Position numbers and translations under genes: made by a program. Below are positions 27,618 to 36,367 of a stretch of 64,000 bases of DNA, one piece after another; the stretch's first letter is position 1; each line of letters opens with the position of its first letter. Below the pieces are notes generated by a model, which saw only the letters and a list, made by a program, of their open reading frames with translations, was not told the DNA's origin and made no database searches. This stretch comes from Escherichia phage A221, in sequence record ON862890.1; one strand, written 5' to 3'.

Positions 27618-28663
27618 TGGAAATCAAAGCAATTAACAACAATGACATGCTGAAGCAGGCTGTCTTGGCTATCCGTGAATTCGGGATCGAATCTGATCCT
27701 GGTAATGCTGAAATAAATACTGATAGCACCCGCTTCCTTGATGGCGTGACCATAACCGTCGCCGACATCCGTGACCGCTGGCTATCCGTTGAAGGTCGTA
27801 ACTCATCGGCTATCGCTGCCATCGGCGAGACCTTCTGGGTTCTGTCCGGGCGCGATGACGTTCGCTTCCTGTCCCGCGTGTTGCCCCGCGCCGCCAACTT
27901 TTCCGACAACGGCCACACATGGCGAGCCGCTTATGGTCCGCGTCTGTACGCCCATGGCCAGCTGGATAGCGTTATCAACCGCCTGCGCAAGAACCCAAAC
28001 ACTCGCCAGGCGTACCTCACCATCTATGACCCGGCTCTAGATTCGGATGCTGGTCTGGCGAAGTTCAGCGAGAGCGGCGAAGCGAAGACCAAGGACATGG
28101 TGTGTAACTTGGCTCTGTTGTTCGCCATCGTTGAAGGTCGTCTGAACCTGACGGTCATCAATCGCTCACAGGATGTTCTTTGGGGGATGAGTTCAATTAA
28201 CTTCATTGAGTTCTCTATTCTTCAGGAAGTGATTGCTCGGGTGCTGGATGTTGATGTCGGTCAGTACAAGCTATTCTCTAATAATCTTCATTACTACAAC
28301 AATGAAGTCAGCCAGAAGCAGCTGGGCAAGATCACGAAGGACACCAAAGTAGAAGCTGGGTTCATCAACTCCATGATTCACTTCACGAACGTGACCAACC
28401 AGAACCATATCCGCAATCTGTTCACTGGTGTGCTTCATCACTGTGATATCGGCAGCCCGTGGGAAACTGTGGTCGCCCACCTGAAGGAATATGATGCTGA
28501 TCGTGGCCTGATTGTACAGATGGCGTACTGTCTGCACTGCAAACTGAACGAAAAGCTCATTAACCTGGACCTGATTCAGGATCATGGCTTGAACATCGCG
28601 CTCACCCATTCCCCGGTTGACCGCAAGATCGTTGATCCTAAGTTCCTGGAAGGTGTAGTATGA
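27617..28663 (+). CDS. thymidylate-synthase-family pyrimidine hydroxymethylase/methylase-like enzyme (348 aa)
   Basis: Motifs DMVCNLALLFAI (catalytic Cys) and INRSQDVLWGMSSIN align with T4 gp42 DFMCTNTVQYLI / NMRSNDVVFGFRND and ThyA RSxDxxLGxPFN; start overlaps upstream stop. Confidence 0.7.
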   Translation: MEIKAINNNDMLKQAVLAIREFGIESDPGNAEINTDSTRFLDGVTITVADIRDRWLSVEGRNSSAIAAIGETFWVLSGRDDVRFLSRVLPRAANFSDNGHTWRAAYGPRLYAHGQLDSVINRLRKNPNTRQAYLTIYDPALDSDAGLAKFSESGEAKTKDMVCNLALLFAIVEGRLNLTVINRSQDVLWGMSSINFIEFSILQEVIARVLDVDVGQYKLFSNNLHYYNNEVSQKQLGKITKDTKVEAGFINSMIHFTNVTNQNHIRNLFTGVLHHCDIGSPWETVVAHLKEYDADRGLIVQMAYCLHCKLNEKLINLDLIQDHGLNIALTHSPVDRKIVDPKFLEGVV

Positions 28664-29229
28664 TGTACCCAAATCTTGAATTCTTTACGGGGCGCAAACG
28701 CTCCGGTAAGGACTTCTGTTTGGAGTCCCTCATCAGCTATCACCAACTACAGGGTGATATGGACATACAGCGCCTTTCTTTCTCTGATGAACTGCGCCGT
28801 GTAGCCAACTACATCTACCCATGGCTCCCAGCGGAGGTAGAGGATGCCGTGAAGGACGTTCCTTACGTGCACCCTGATAACCCCAAGGGCTTAACTCCAC
28901 GGCAGATCTGGCTTCATCTAGGCAGCGATACGGGCTTGCGTTACGTACAACCCGATCTGTTCCTGGCATTCTTCAAGCGCTTCCAGCTTCCTCTGGTAGA
29001 GCAGAACCCCCACGTCCATTATATCGTGAGCGATCTGCGTACCCCTCAGGAATATGAATGGGCGCTGAGTACGAAATGTCCTATCACCCGTATTTCAAAG
29101 GCCGACCGTGCTGGTATCATAGAGGATGATATAGAGGCTTTCATTGACCAAATGAAAGTGGACTACGAATTCCTCAATCCATTTGATGGTTGGGAACCGT
29201 TCGTTAAATTCTACGGAGAACGTAAATGA
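28660..29229 (+). CDS. 1: deoxynucleoside monophosphate kinase (T4 gp1-like)
   Basis: N-terminal GRKRSGKD matches T4 gp1 GVKRSGKD; YIVSDLRTPQE matches YIVPDTRQDHE; 4-nt overlap with upstream gene. Confidence 0.75.
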   Translation: MMYPNLEFFTGRKRSGKDFCLESLISYHQLQGDMDIQRLSFSDELRRVANYIYPWLPAEVEDAVKDVPYVHPDNPKGLTPRQIWLHLGSDTGLRYVQPDLFLAFFKRFQLPLVEQNPHVHYIVSDLRTPQEYEWALSTKCPITRISKADRAGIIEDDIEAFIDQMKVDYEFLNPFDGWEPFVKFYGERK

Positions 29230-29780
29230 TCACAGCAGGGCATATCAAAAGCCTGCTCGAACTCCAAAAGGCCACCAACGTGGCCTACTTTGGGGAAGAG
29301 TGGAAGAATGTATGGAGTCAGAACGCAGTCATCAACTCTATCTATCGTGAGTGGGCAGAGTTCCTTGATGAAACCACCCGTGACTGGAAGGTCTATGGCA
29401 ACGACATCGGGTTTGACCATACGAACGCAGTTTATGAACTGGTGGACGTGGTACACTTCATGTTGTGCTTCATCCTTGTGGACCGCACCAAAGGTGAGAT
29501 CGAAGAAGAATTTGAAGTCCTTAGTAATCGCGAATTCACCCCATCTGCTTTGGGTGTTGTAGGGCATCGCAATGTTACGTACCGCCTTGGGCAATTCATG
29601 AACGATCCTTGCGTTGAGACTCTCATGTTCTTCCTGTCGTCTGCGTGTTCTTATATGGAGATCGACATTGAGACTTACATACTGGCACACAAACGCAAGA
29701 ACGATCGCAATCGCCTGCGTGCTGCTGGTGGCGCGGATTACGATAAGTCCGCAGAAACCCCTCTGACCCTGGAGTTCTAA
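29226..29780 (+). CDS. 56: dNTP pyrophosphatase, T4 gp56 (dCTPase/dUTPase) family
   Basis: YELVDVVHFMLCF matches T4 gp56 FELVDIFHFVLNMF; 184 aa; 4-nt overlap with upstream gene. Confidence 0.65.
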   Translation: MITAGHIKSLLELQKATNVAYFGEEWKNVWSQNAVINSIYREWAEFLDETTRDWKVYGNDIGFDHTNAVYELVDVVHFMLCFILVDRTKGEIEEEFEVLSNREFTPSALGVVGHRNVTYRLGQFMNDPCVETLMFFLSSACSYMEIDIETYILAHKRKNDRNRLRAAGGADYDKSAETPLTLEF

Positions 29781-30322
29781 TGTTTACAGTCGTCGTTTCA
29801 TATCATGCAGACAACGCGGCGAACGCATCCGCTAATTTCGCCGAGCACATCATCGGCGGCGGTCATAATGTATTCCTTACTGAATACACCAGGCCTGTTA
29901 AACCAGGCGACGGTCTTTCGGCGACTGTTACGCATAAGATCGCCAGCGAGCAACCAGAGTCTCTGTTCAGGATGATCGAAGAGTATGCCGGTGGTGGCAT
30001 CAAGATACCAGATGAACTGGTAGACGTCTATTTTGAAGGCTCGATCTATTACATCCACGCTATGCCAAAGGATGTAACCATTGAACAGATGATGTATATC
30101 CTGAATATAGCACTGAACACTGCGTGCATCAACCGCACGAACTACAACAATCTGCGCAATATGTACCTAACCGACCGGCATAATGACGCATCGTCACTTG
30201 TTGAGACAATGTCCCTGAAGAGCATCCAAGAGGCGGTTAACATTTTGTCCCAGAAGGTTATGGGTGTAGAATTATTAACGACGATCAACAATAAAGAGGA
30301 AGTGAAATGGCCAGTTCATTAA
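29780..30322 (+). CDS. hypothetical protein (180 aa)
   Basis: Start overlaps upstream stop (TAATG); no recognisable motif. Confidence 0.5.
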   Translation: MFTVVVSYHADNAANASANFAEHIIGGGHNVFLTEYTRPVKPGDGLSATVTHKIASEQPESLFRMIEEYAGGGIKIPDELVDVYFEGSIYYIHAMPKDVTIEQMMYILNIALNTACINRTNYNNLRNMYLTDRHNDASSLVETMSLKSIQEAVNILSQKVMGVELLTTINNKEEVKWPVH

Positions 30323-31392
30323 TGGACCGCATGCTGAAGGTTGCTAAGAAACACGATGACCAGGCTTCAGTGCTGTCCAAATCCGACGCTCTGGAACCGT
30401 CTATCATCTGTTCTACTGGTATTCCCCTGATCGATATCGCATGGTCTGGGCGTATTGACGGCGGTCTGATCTCCGGTATCAAGATGATGGTGGGTGATTC
30501 CCGTACCTTCAAAACGATGTTCGGTCTGGTAGACGTCAAGGCGTACATGGACAAGTTCCCTGATGCTATCTGCGTCTTTGCGGACTCAGAAAAGGGTGCC
30601 AACGCCGATTACTGGACCTCTATGGGCATTGACATGGACCGCGTCCTGTACGTACCGATCGACAACGTTGAACAGACCAAGATCCGCTTGCTGCAGATCC
30701 TACAGGAAGTCAAGAAAGGTGACCATGTTATAATCTTCATCGACTCTATCAGCCAACTTCCCTCCACCAAGGAAGTTGAAGATGCGATCAAAGGGAACGA
30801 CACTCAAGACATGACCCGCGCCCGTGCCCTTAACAGCTTCTGGCGTGTCATGACTCCCGAAATCAACAGCAAAAATCTCGTGTGTGTTTGGATCAACTCC
30901 TATTACGATGAGATCGGCAACCAATATGCCGAGCCTAACATCAAAGGCGGCAAACAGGGCTTCTTATCCTCCAACTTGATCTGGTTTATCACCCGTTCTC
31001 AGGTGAAGGAAGACAAAGATCTGCTGGGTTGGAACTTCAACATAAGCATCATGAAAGGTCGCCATGTCAAAGAGAAAGCCAAGCTCCCTGTGACGGTACT
31101 GTACAACGGTGGTATTGATCGCTGGAGCGGCCTGCTTGAGATCGCTCGTGCTCTGGGTTATGTTGATATGCCGTCTTCCGGTTGGTATGTGCGTACAGCC
31201 AAGGGTGGTTTCGATCCTGAGAAGGAAAAGAAATATCAGAAGCGTCAGATGGATGATGATTTCTGGTATCCGCTGCTGGAGAATGTCAACTTCGCCGATG
31301 ACGTGAAGAAAATGTTCGGTGTTTCTAACGGTACTGTTATGCCTGCTAACATGCTGGAGCAAATGGACCATGTTATCAACACAAGCGAATAA
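30307..31392 (+). CDS. uvsX: RecA-like recombinase UvsX
   Basis: PDAICVFADSE and TRARALNSFWRVMTP match T4 UvsX PDAVCLFYDSE and TRAKTMKSLFRIVTP; RBS GAGGAAG. Confidence 0.9.
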   Translation: MASSLMDRMLKVAKKHDDQASVLSKSDALEPSIICSTGIPLIDIAWSGRIDGGLISGIKMMVGDSRTFKTMFGLVDVKAYMDKFPDAICVFADSEKGANADYWTSMGIDMDRVLYVPIDNVEQTKIRLLQILQEVKKGDHVIIFIDSISQLPSTKEVEDAIKGNDTQDMTRARALNSFWRVMTPEINSKNLVCVWINSYYDEIGNQYAEPNIKGGKQGFLSSNLIWFITRSQVKEDKDLLGWNFNISIMKGRHVKEKAKLPVTVLYNGGIDRWSGLLEIARALGYVDMPSSGWYVRTAKGGFDPEKEKKYQKRQMDDDFWYPLLENVNFADDVKKMFGVSNGTVMPANMLEQMDHVINTSE

Positions 31393-31699
31393 CAGTGGAG
31401 GGGGAGGAGACTCCCCCAATAACTACACAATCATCGACCCTGGTGCTGATCAGCTGGCGATCATCAAGATCACTTCTGGCAAATTCCGTGGTGTTCAATT
31501 CCGGTTCGGCAAGGTGGCCATCAACGAAGTGGACTGCGAACCCCGCCTGTCTTTCGTGACTGATATATTGAAGAAACCATTGCGTCTGATGTTTGTGAAT
31601 TTGAAAGAAAATGACTTGTTCACTGAGGTGTCAGGGGATATCCTTGTAGACCTCATGCAGCGTAATGCTCAGGAATATAATAAATTTTTGGTGGGGTAA
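31370..31699 (+). CDS. hypothetical protein
   Basis: ATG inside end of uvsX with RBS GGAG; Gly-rich N-terminus; tool start 31319 is upstream in-frame. Confidence 0.35.
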   Translation: MLSTQANNSGGGGDSPNNYTIIDPGADQLAIIKITSGKFRGVQFRFGKVAINEVDCEPRLSFVTDILKKPLRLMFVNLKENDLFTEVSGDILVDLMQRNAQEYNKFLVG

Positions 31700-31706
31700 G
31701 TGGCCA

Positions 31707-33131
31707 ATGTTACTCGAATCTGTCGTGCTTTCACAGTTGATTTACAATGAAGATTACCAAAGAAAGATCCTGCCGTACCTGAAAGCCGATTATTTTGACA
31801 ACGAAGGCGAAAAGGTCATCTTTGGTCTGATTGACAGTTATACCTCAGAGTACAATGCCCGCCCGTCTGTCGAAGCACTATCTATAATTCTTGAACGGAC
31901 AAAGCTGAACGAATATGTGTTTGACCAGGCGGTATCTGCCCTGGAGAACATCAACGACAACACCTTCAATGAAGAGTGGCTGGCGAAGGAAACCGAGGCT
32001 TGGGCGCGACAAAAGGCCGTACACAACGCAATCAAGACCGCCGTTAACATCTACGGTGACGAGAAGCGCAAGGACGAGATGAACAACATCCCGACCATGT
32101 TGCAGGAAGCCCTGGCTATCCGGTTTGATTCATATCTCGGTCACATCTATTGGGAGATGGCGGCAGAGCAGTATGACCACATGAACTCCAACGAGGCCAA
32201 GATCCCGTTCGCAGTTGAGATATTCAATAAGGCGACACGTGGTGGCGTTGGTAAGAAGACACTGAACATCGTAACAGGTGCGATCAACGCAGGTAAGACC
32301 ACAACGCTGATTGACCTGACCGCAGGGTACTCGGAGCAGGGGCTGAACGTCTTTGTCTTCACCCTTGAAGTGGCCGAGAACGTCTGGCGACACCGTCTTG
32401 ATGCCCGTATCATGCGACGCGACTTTGAGTCTTTAGAGAAACTCACAAGGCACGAGTATATTGCAACGATAGAGAAGCTCCGCAGTCGCCAAGATGGTGC
32501 GCCCAAGGGTGATATCGTCATCAAGGAATATCCTTCCGGTACTGGACACACAGGTTTATTCCGCCGCGATATCCTTGAGTACATCCAGGCAACAGGTCGT
32601 GCTCCTGATGTTATCGTTATTGACTATCTTGGCGAAGCTGCTTCCTCGCGCCTGCCTGCCCACCTGATGCAGAACACGAACGTCTATTACACGTCTGTGG
32701 CTCGTGAGTTTCGTGCGCTGGGATTTGAGTTTGATGTCCCTGTATGGACTGGTATGCAGTTCAATCGTGAGAATCAGAATAGCACTGATGGCGGAATCAG
32801 CGATTTGGCAGATGCTATCGGTATTCCGAAGGTGGCCGACTTCATCATGGCATTCTATGCTCCTGACGAACTGGCGGCGGTCAAGAAAGCCCGAGCCTCA
32901 ATACTCAAGAACCGTTATGCCAACAAGCAGAAGCTGAAATCATTCCTGTTTGGTATGGACCAAGACAAACAGATCCTGTTTGACCTGGACTGGAATGAAG
33001 TTAAGAAGGACCTGACTGAGGCTGAGGCCAAATATGTCGAAAACGTACACATCAAACATGACCTCAACAAGTCCGGGGCTGCTGCCAGCGATGAGCAGAA
33101 AGCCCAAACGGTCAATAATTGGAAATTCTAG
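31707..33131 (+). CDS. 41: replicative DNA helicase (T4 gp41/DnaB-like)
   Basis: Walker A GAINAGKTT, DnaB-like C-terminal RecA fold; 474 aa vs T4 gp41 475 aa. Confidence 0.8.
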   Translation: MLLESVVLSQLIYNEDYQRKILPYLKADYFDNEGEKVIFGLIDSYTSEYNARPSVEALSIILERTKLNEYVFDQAVSALENINDNTFNEEWLAKETEAWARQKAVHNAIKTAVNIYGDEKRKDEMNNIPTMLQEALAIRFDSYLGHIYWEMAAEQYDHMNSNEAKIPFAVEIFNKATRGGVGKKTLNIVTGAINAGKTTTLIDLTAGYSEQGLNVFVFTLEVAENVWRHRLDARIMRRDFESLEKLTRHEYIATIEKLRSRQDGAPKGDIVIKEYPSGTGHTGLFRRDILEYIQATGRAPDVIVIDYLGEAASSRLPAHLMQNTNVYYTSVAREFRALGFEFDVPVWTGMQFNRENQNSTDGGISDLADAIGIPKVADFIMAFYAPDELAAVKKARASILKNRYANKQKLKSFLFGMDQDKQILFDLDWNEVKKDLTEAEAKYVENVHIKHDLNKSGAAASDEQKAQTVNNWKF

Positions 33132-33135
33132 GCAA

Positions 33136-33163
33136 TTCAATAAGGCGGGTCATAGGGTATAAT
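33136..33163 (+). promoter_or_regulatory. promoter candidate TTCAAT-N16-TATAAT (GGGTATAAT box)
   Basis: Hexamers with 16-nt spacer about 35 nt upstream of ATG 33196. Confidence 0.3.
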
Positions 33164-33195
33164 TCTATGATCTGAATGTAAACCAGGAGCACATC

Positions 33196-33531
33196 ATGTC
33201 ACACAATGATTTTATGGCTGGCCTGGTGCAGGCCGCCAAACAGGTGTGCCACACCAAACAAGCGATTGAGCTGAGTCCGGAGCAGACTCTGGAGTTCTTC
33301 AACAATCGTAAAATCTGGGAGGAATATGGAATTGGTATGATATGCCAAGAGGGTGAACTCGTACAGCTAGATCTGCCGTCATTCCCCCTTCCAGTGCGCA
33401 CCAACACAGTGGAATGGTATACGACGGAAGATGGTGTAGAGATCATCCCGAAGTTCCAGTATCACTCAATCGTAAACTTCTTTTTACGCCGTTGCGGGAC
33501 TAATCTGATCCCACAAGGTATGAGATCTTAA
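33196..33531 (+). CDS. hypothetical protein
   Basis: RBS AGGAG; 111 aa. Confidence 0.45.
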   Translation: MSHNDFMAGLVQAAKQVCHTKQAIELSPEQTLEFFNNRKIWEEYGIGMICQEGELVQLDLPSFPLPVRTNTVEWYTTEDGVEIIPKFQYHSIVNFFLRRCGTNLIPQGMRS

Positions 33532-33546
33532 CAAGAGGAACACCAA

Positions 33547-33861
33547 ATGTCTGTAGAACAAATCGGCTTTTATGTACTACCATCTGATCCTGAATCCCGT
33601 CGCAAGCTGATAGGTGCAATTGAAAACTGTCGTGCCGCCCAGGTCCGCATCAAGTCGGAACAGACTTTCATTACTGAGACTCTGGCCGAGCTGGCGAAAG
33701 ACACGGGTATCAAGGCCAGCGACTTGCGCAAGGTTGTATCCGACCGCGCCAATGGAACTTACCATAAGACGATCGAAACGAGCGAGAAATATCAAGACTT
33801 ATACGAGTCTCTATTCCCGAACGCCAAGCCCGATCGAGATCCGAATGCCAGTGGCGAATAA
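33547..33861 (+). CDS. hypothetical protein
   Basis: RBS AGAGGAA; 104 aa. Confidence 0.45.
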   Translation: MSVEQIGFYVLPSDPESRRKLIGAIENCRAAQVRIKSEQTFITETLAELAKDTGIKASDLRKVVSDRANGTYHKTIETSEKYQDLYESLFPNAKPDRDPNASGE

Positions 33862-33976
33862 GTCAATAGAACACCAAGAAGCCCAGTCAAGTACTGGGCT
33901 TTTTAACTTCAATAACTTTACTTTCAAGAAATAATCGCCTAATATTTAATCTGTATTGAAGAGTTACAACTACATC

Positions 33977-35182
33977 ATGAGGCTGGAAATGAACGTCAAA
34001 ACATTCAATATTCCGATCGACAATGGAGGGTTGGTAGTTGAGCGACTGAAGAAGCTCGAGCGCACTGCCGAAAGGCTGGGTGTTCCGTTTCCGACCGTGA
34101 CTTATGGTGAACCCTTCAAAACCCACACCCGCGACTTCACTGGTGAGATCCTTACTCACTGGTGGAAACCTGTTACTCTCGAAGGCGAAGGCATTGACCG
34201 CCCCATCTCTTATGGTGGCTGGAAGATCATCGGTCAGTTCAATCACGAATATCCAAAGGTTATTCTTAACCGCCTGTCCGACAACATCAATCCCGACTTC
34301 ATCCGTCGCTTCGAGGCAGAGAACGTCTCTTGGTGCCAGCATTGCAATCTAGCCATCCGTCGCAAGAACACATATGTGATTGAAAATGAGGAAACACACA
34401 CCCAGATGCTGATTGGTAGCACCTGTATGCATCATTATGTGCCTCATCAGAAATCGCTTGACGCGATTATGTCTTACTATCTGGAAATCCAAGAGTTCTT
34501 CATGCCAGACGAGGACGATCCAGAGGGTATATATCGCGTCCAAAATGAGCGCTTCACCGACACCCACAGTTTCCTGCGCGCATGCTTCCAGGTGATGCTG
34601 GCAGGCGTGGATATCAAGTCTGAACTGTTTGACAAAGTACTGGGCTATGTCCGGTCTCACCAGAAACCAAAAGCAGGTTCCGATGAAGAGTATTTCGTAA
34701 ACAAGGCACACGAATACCGTGAAGATGCCGAGTCGGAAATGTACCATATGAAGCTCTTCATCAGTGCGCTGTCCGAATCTAATGAGTTCAATGTTCGCCT
34801 GAAACGCATGTGTGAACCCGGCTATCACCTCATCAAGGATAACAACACAGTCCGCTGGGGTGCCAAGAAGTATTACGATTACATCCATCGTCCTCGTACT
34901 GACCGCAAGGTGGAGAACAAATGGGTGGGTGAAGTCGGTGAAATGCTGGAAGTGCAAGTCAGGTTCGACAAGCGCACCTTTCTCTTCTCCAATGAATATG
35001 GTGATAGTTACCTGTTTACTTTCAAAACAGCAGAAGGCAATACAATTACCTGGAAGACCTCTTATATGGATACAGAGTTCTTGCAGGGCGATATGATCAT
35101 CCGTGGTCGTGTCAAAGAACTGACTGAGTACAACGGCGTTAAACAAACTCAGGTCACCAGAGCCAAATTGAGGAAATTATGA
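33977..35182 (+). CDS. hypothetical protein (about 401 aa) with Cys/His cluster
   Basis: ATG in AACTACATCATGAGG conserved context; CQHCN ... CMHH motif; tool start 33956 is TTG. Confidence 0.5.
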   Translation: MRLEMNVKTFNIPIDNGGLVVERLKKLERTAERLGVPFPTVTYGEPFKTHTRDFTGEILTHWWKPVTLEGEGIDRPISYGGWKIIGQFNHEYPKVILNRLSDNINPDFIRRFEAENVSWCQHCNLAIRRKNTYVIENEETHTQMLIGSTCMHHYVPHQKSLDAIMSYYLEIQEFFMPDEDDPEGIYRVQNERFTDTHSFLRACFQVMLAGVDIKSELFDKVLGYVRSHQKPKAGSDEEYFVNKAHEYREDAESEMYHMKLFISALSESNEFNVRLKRMCEPGYHLIKDNNTVRWGAKKYYDYIHRPRTDRKVENKWVGEVGEMLEVQVRFDKRTFLFSNEYGDSYLFTFKTAEGNTITWKTSYMDTEFLQGDMIIRGRVKELTEYNGVKQTQVTRAKLRKL

Positions 35183-35295
35183 ATTTGATTGAGTTTGTTC
35201 TGAAGTCGTTCGCCTTTGGTCTGATAGCATGTGGGATGATTACAGCTATGCTTCTCATCATAGCCCTGGTCATCCCCTTTAAGAGGAAACGCTGA
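35179..35295 (+). CDS. small membrane protein (38 aa), not in ORF track
   Basis: ATG overlaps upstream stop (ATGA) and its stop overlaps next ATG (TGATG); single hydrophobic helix; RBS GAGGAAA. Confidence 0.35.
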   Translation: MNLIEFVLKSFAFGLIACGMITAMLLIIALVIPFKRKR

Positions 35296-35507
35296 TGGAA
35301 TGTTCATGCGGAGGGCAGGGCACAAGTGCTTACCTGCCATTCACCACTGTGAAGGAAGCCGAAGCCGCTGGATTTGCCGTGGACAAGGCTCCCTGTGTAA
35401 TCGCCACGAAGGATTGCCCGTGCTGTAAGAGGCACTCTCAGGACGTCTTCTACGCCCCTGATGCGCGCCCGGCTACGGTCAACCTTCTTTCACTGATGAG
35501 GAAGTGA
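35295..35507 (+). CDS. small cysteine-rich protein
   Basis: CSCGG ... CPCC motifs; 70 aa. Confidence 0.4.
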   Translation: MECSCGGQGTSAYLPFTTVKEAEAAGFAVDKAPCVIATKDCPCCKRHSQDVFYAPDARPATVNLLSLMRK

Positions 35508-35508
35508 C

Positions 35509-35883
35509 ATGATCAAGTTTATCAACTGGTTGTTCTGTATACCGCCGCTGAGTGCTGAGATTCGTTGTCTGATTGACGCCATTGACGCTGATGACGTTGA
35601 ATGGAACGGAGAGCGGCTGGTCGGGATCGACGCTGTGATCTATAACGGTGTCAAAGTGTATGCTTACACGGTCAACAACAGTTCAGGCTACACAGTCGAT
35701 ATTGGTTATCACACAGATTGCCTGCCTCGCCATGAAGCCAAGGCTGTGTACAAAGCTCTGGAGCGACACCACAAGCGCCGGATTAATCGCGCAGAGGCTC
35801 AGACCGAAATTAAAATCGTGAAGAAGTCCGCAAGGCTCTGGGTTTCCATAACAAATAATTCAATAAACTATTCACCCATATAA
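35509..35883 (+). CDS. hypothetical protein
   Basis: RBS GAGGAAG; 124 aa. Confidence 0.45.
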   Translation: MIKFINWLFCIPPLSAEIRCLIDAIDADDVEWNGERLVGIDAVIYNGVKVYAYTVNNSSGYTVDIGYHTDCLPRHEAKAVYKALERHHKRRINRAEAQTEIKIVKKSARLWVSITNNSINYSPI

Positions 35884-35912
35884 TACATCGGAACTTACAG
35901 AAGGAACAGACC

Positions 35913-36254
35913 ATGACTACACTCGTAGAAACATTATTCCCAGGCTGCGTACTTGGGCGCGGTGGATCCGAAGCCAACGGGCTACCGATTGACGTCGAAC
36001 CTCAGAACTGTGTTATTGTTGACAAGTTTCACGACAACCATTATGCCCTGAACAATCGTCGTGACCACTATCTTGTTTCCGTAGGAGATTCTTTGGTCAG
36101 TCTGCGCATCTGCAAGGCTATGCCAGGATCCGGCTATGGAGCATTCGCCTATATTCACAGCGTGTCAAATGACGAGCTGGGTAAAGAAGCTCTGGTTGAA
36201 AAATTCAAGAGTTGGAAGGATTCTTTCACCTCAATTGAACCCCCGAAGAAATAA
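35913..36254 (+). CDS. hypothetical protein
   Basis: RBS AGAAGGAA; 113 aa. Confidence 0.45.
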   Translation: MTTLVETLFPGCVLGRGGSEANGLPIDVEPQNCVIVDKFHDNHYALNNRRDHYLVSVGDSLVSLRICKAMPGSGYGAFAYIHSVSNDELGKEALVEKFKSWKDSFTSIEPPKK

Positions 36255-36325
36255 CTGAGGACTACACACTGACCTCATTATCGGCCAGGCAAAATCCCGC
36301 ACCTGCCAATAATCTATTGAAGTCC

Positions 36326-36358
36326 CCAGGGTTATAATAGCAGCACATATAACCCTGG
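36326..36358 (+). promoter_or_regulatory. 11-bp perfect stem-loop containing TATAAT box and overlapping ligase Shine-Dalgarno
   Basis: CCAGGGTTATA-(11 nt loop)-TATAACCCTGG; 3' arm runs into GGAG 8 nt before ATG 36368. Confidence 0.5.
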
Positions 36359-36367
36359 AGACACCAC

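Noticed and set aside
34349-35146. 265-aa ORF on minus strand
   Set aside because: Lies entirely antisense within 33977-35182 and has no RBS; shadow ORF typical of a GC-balanced coding region
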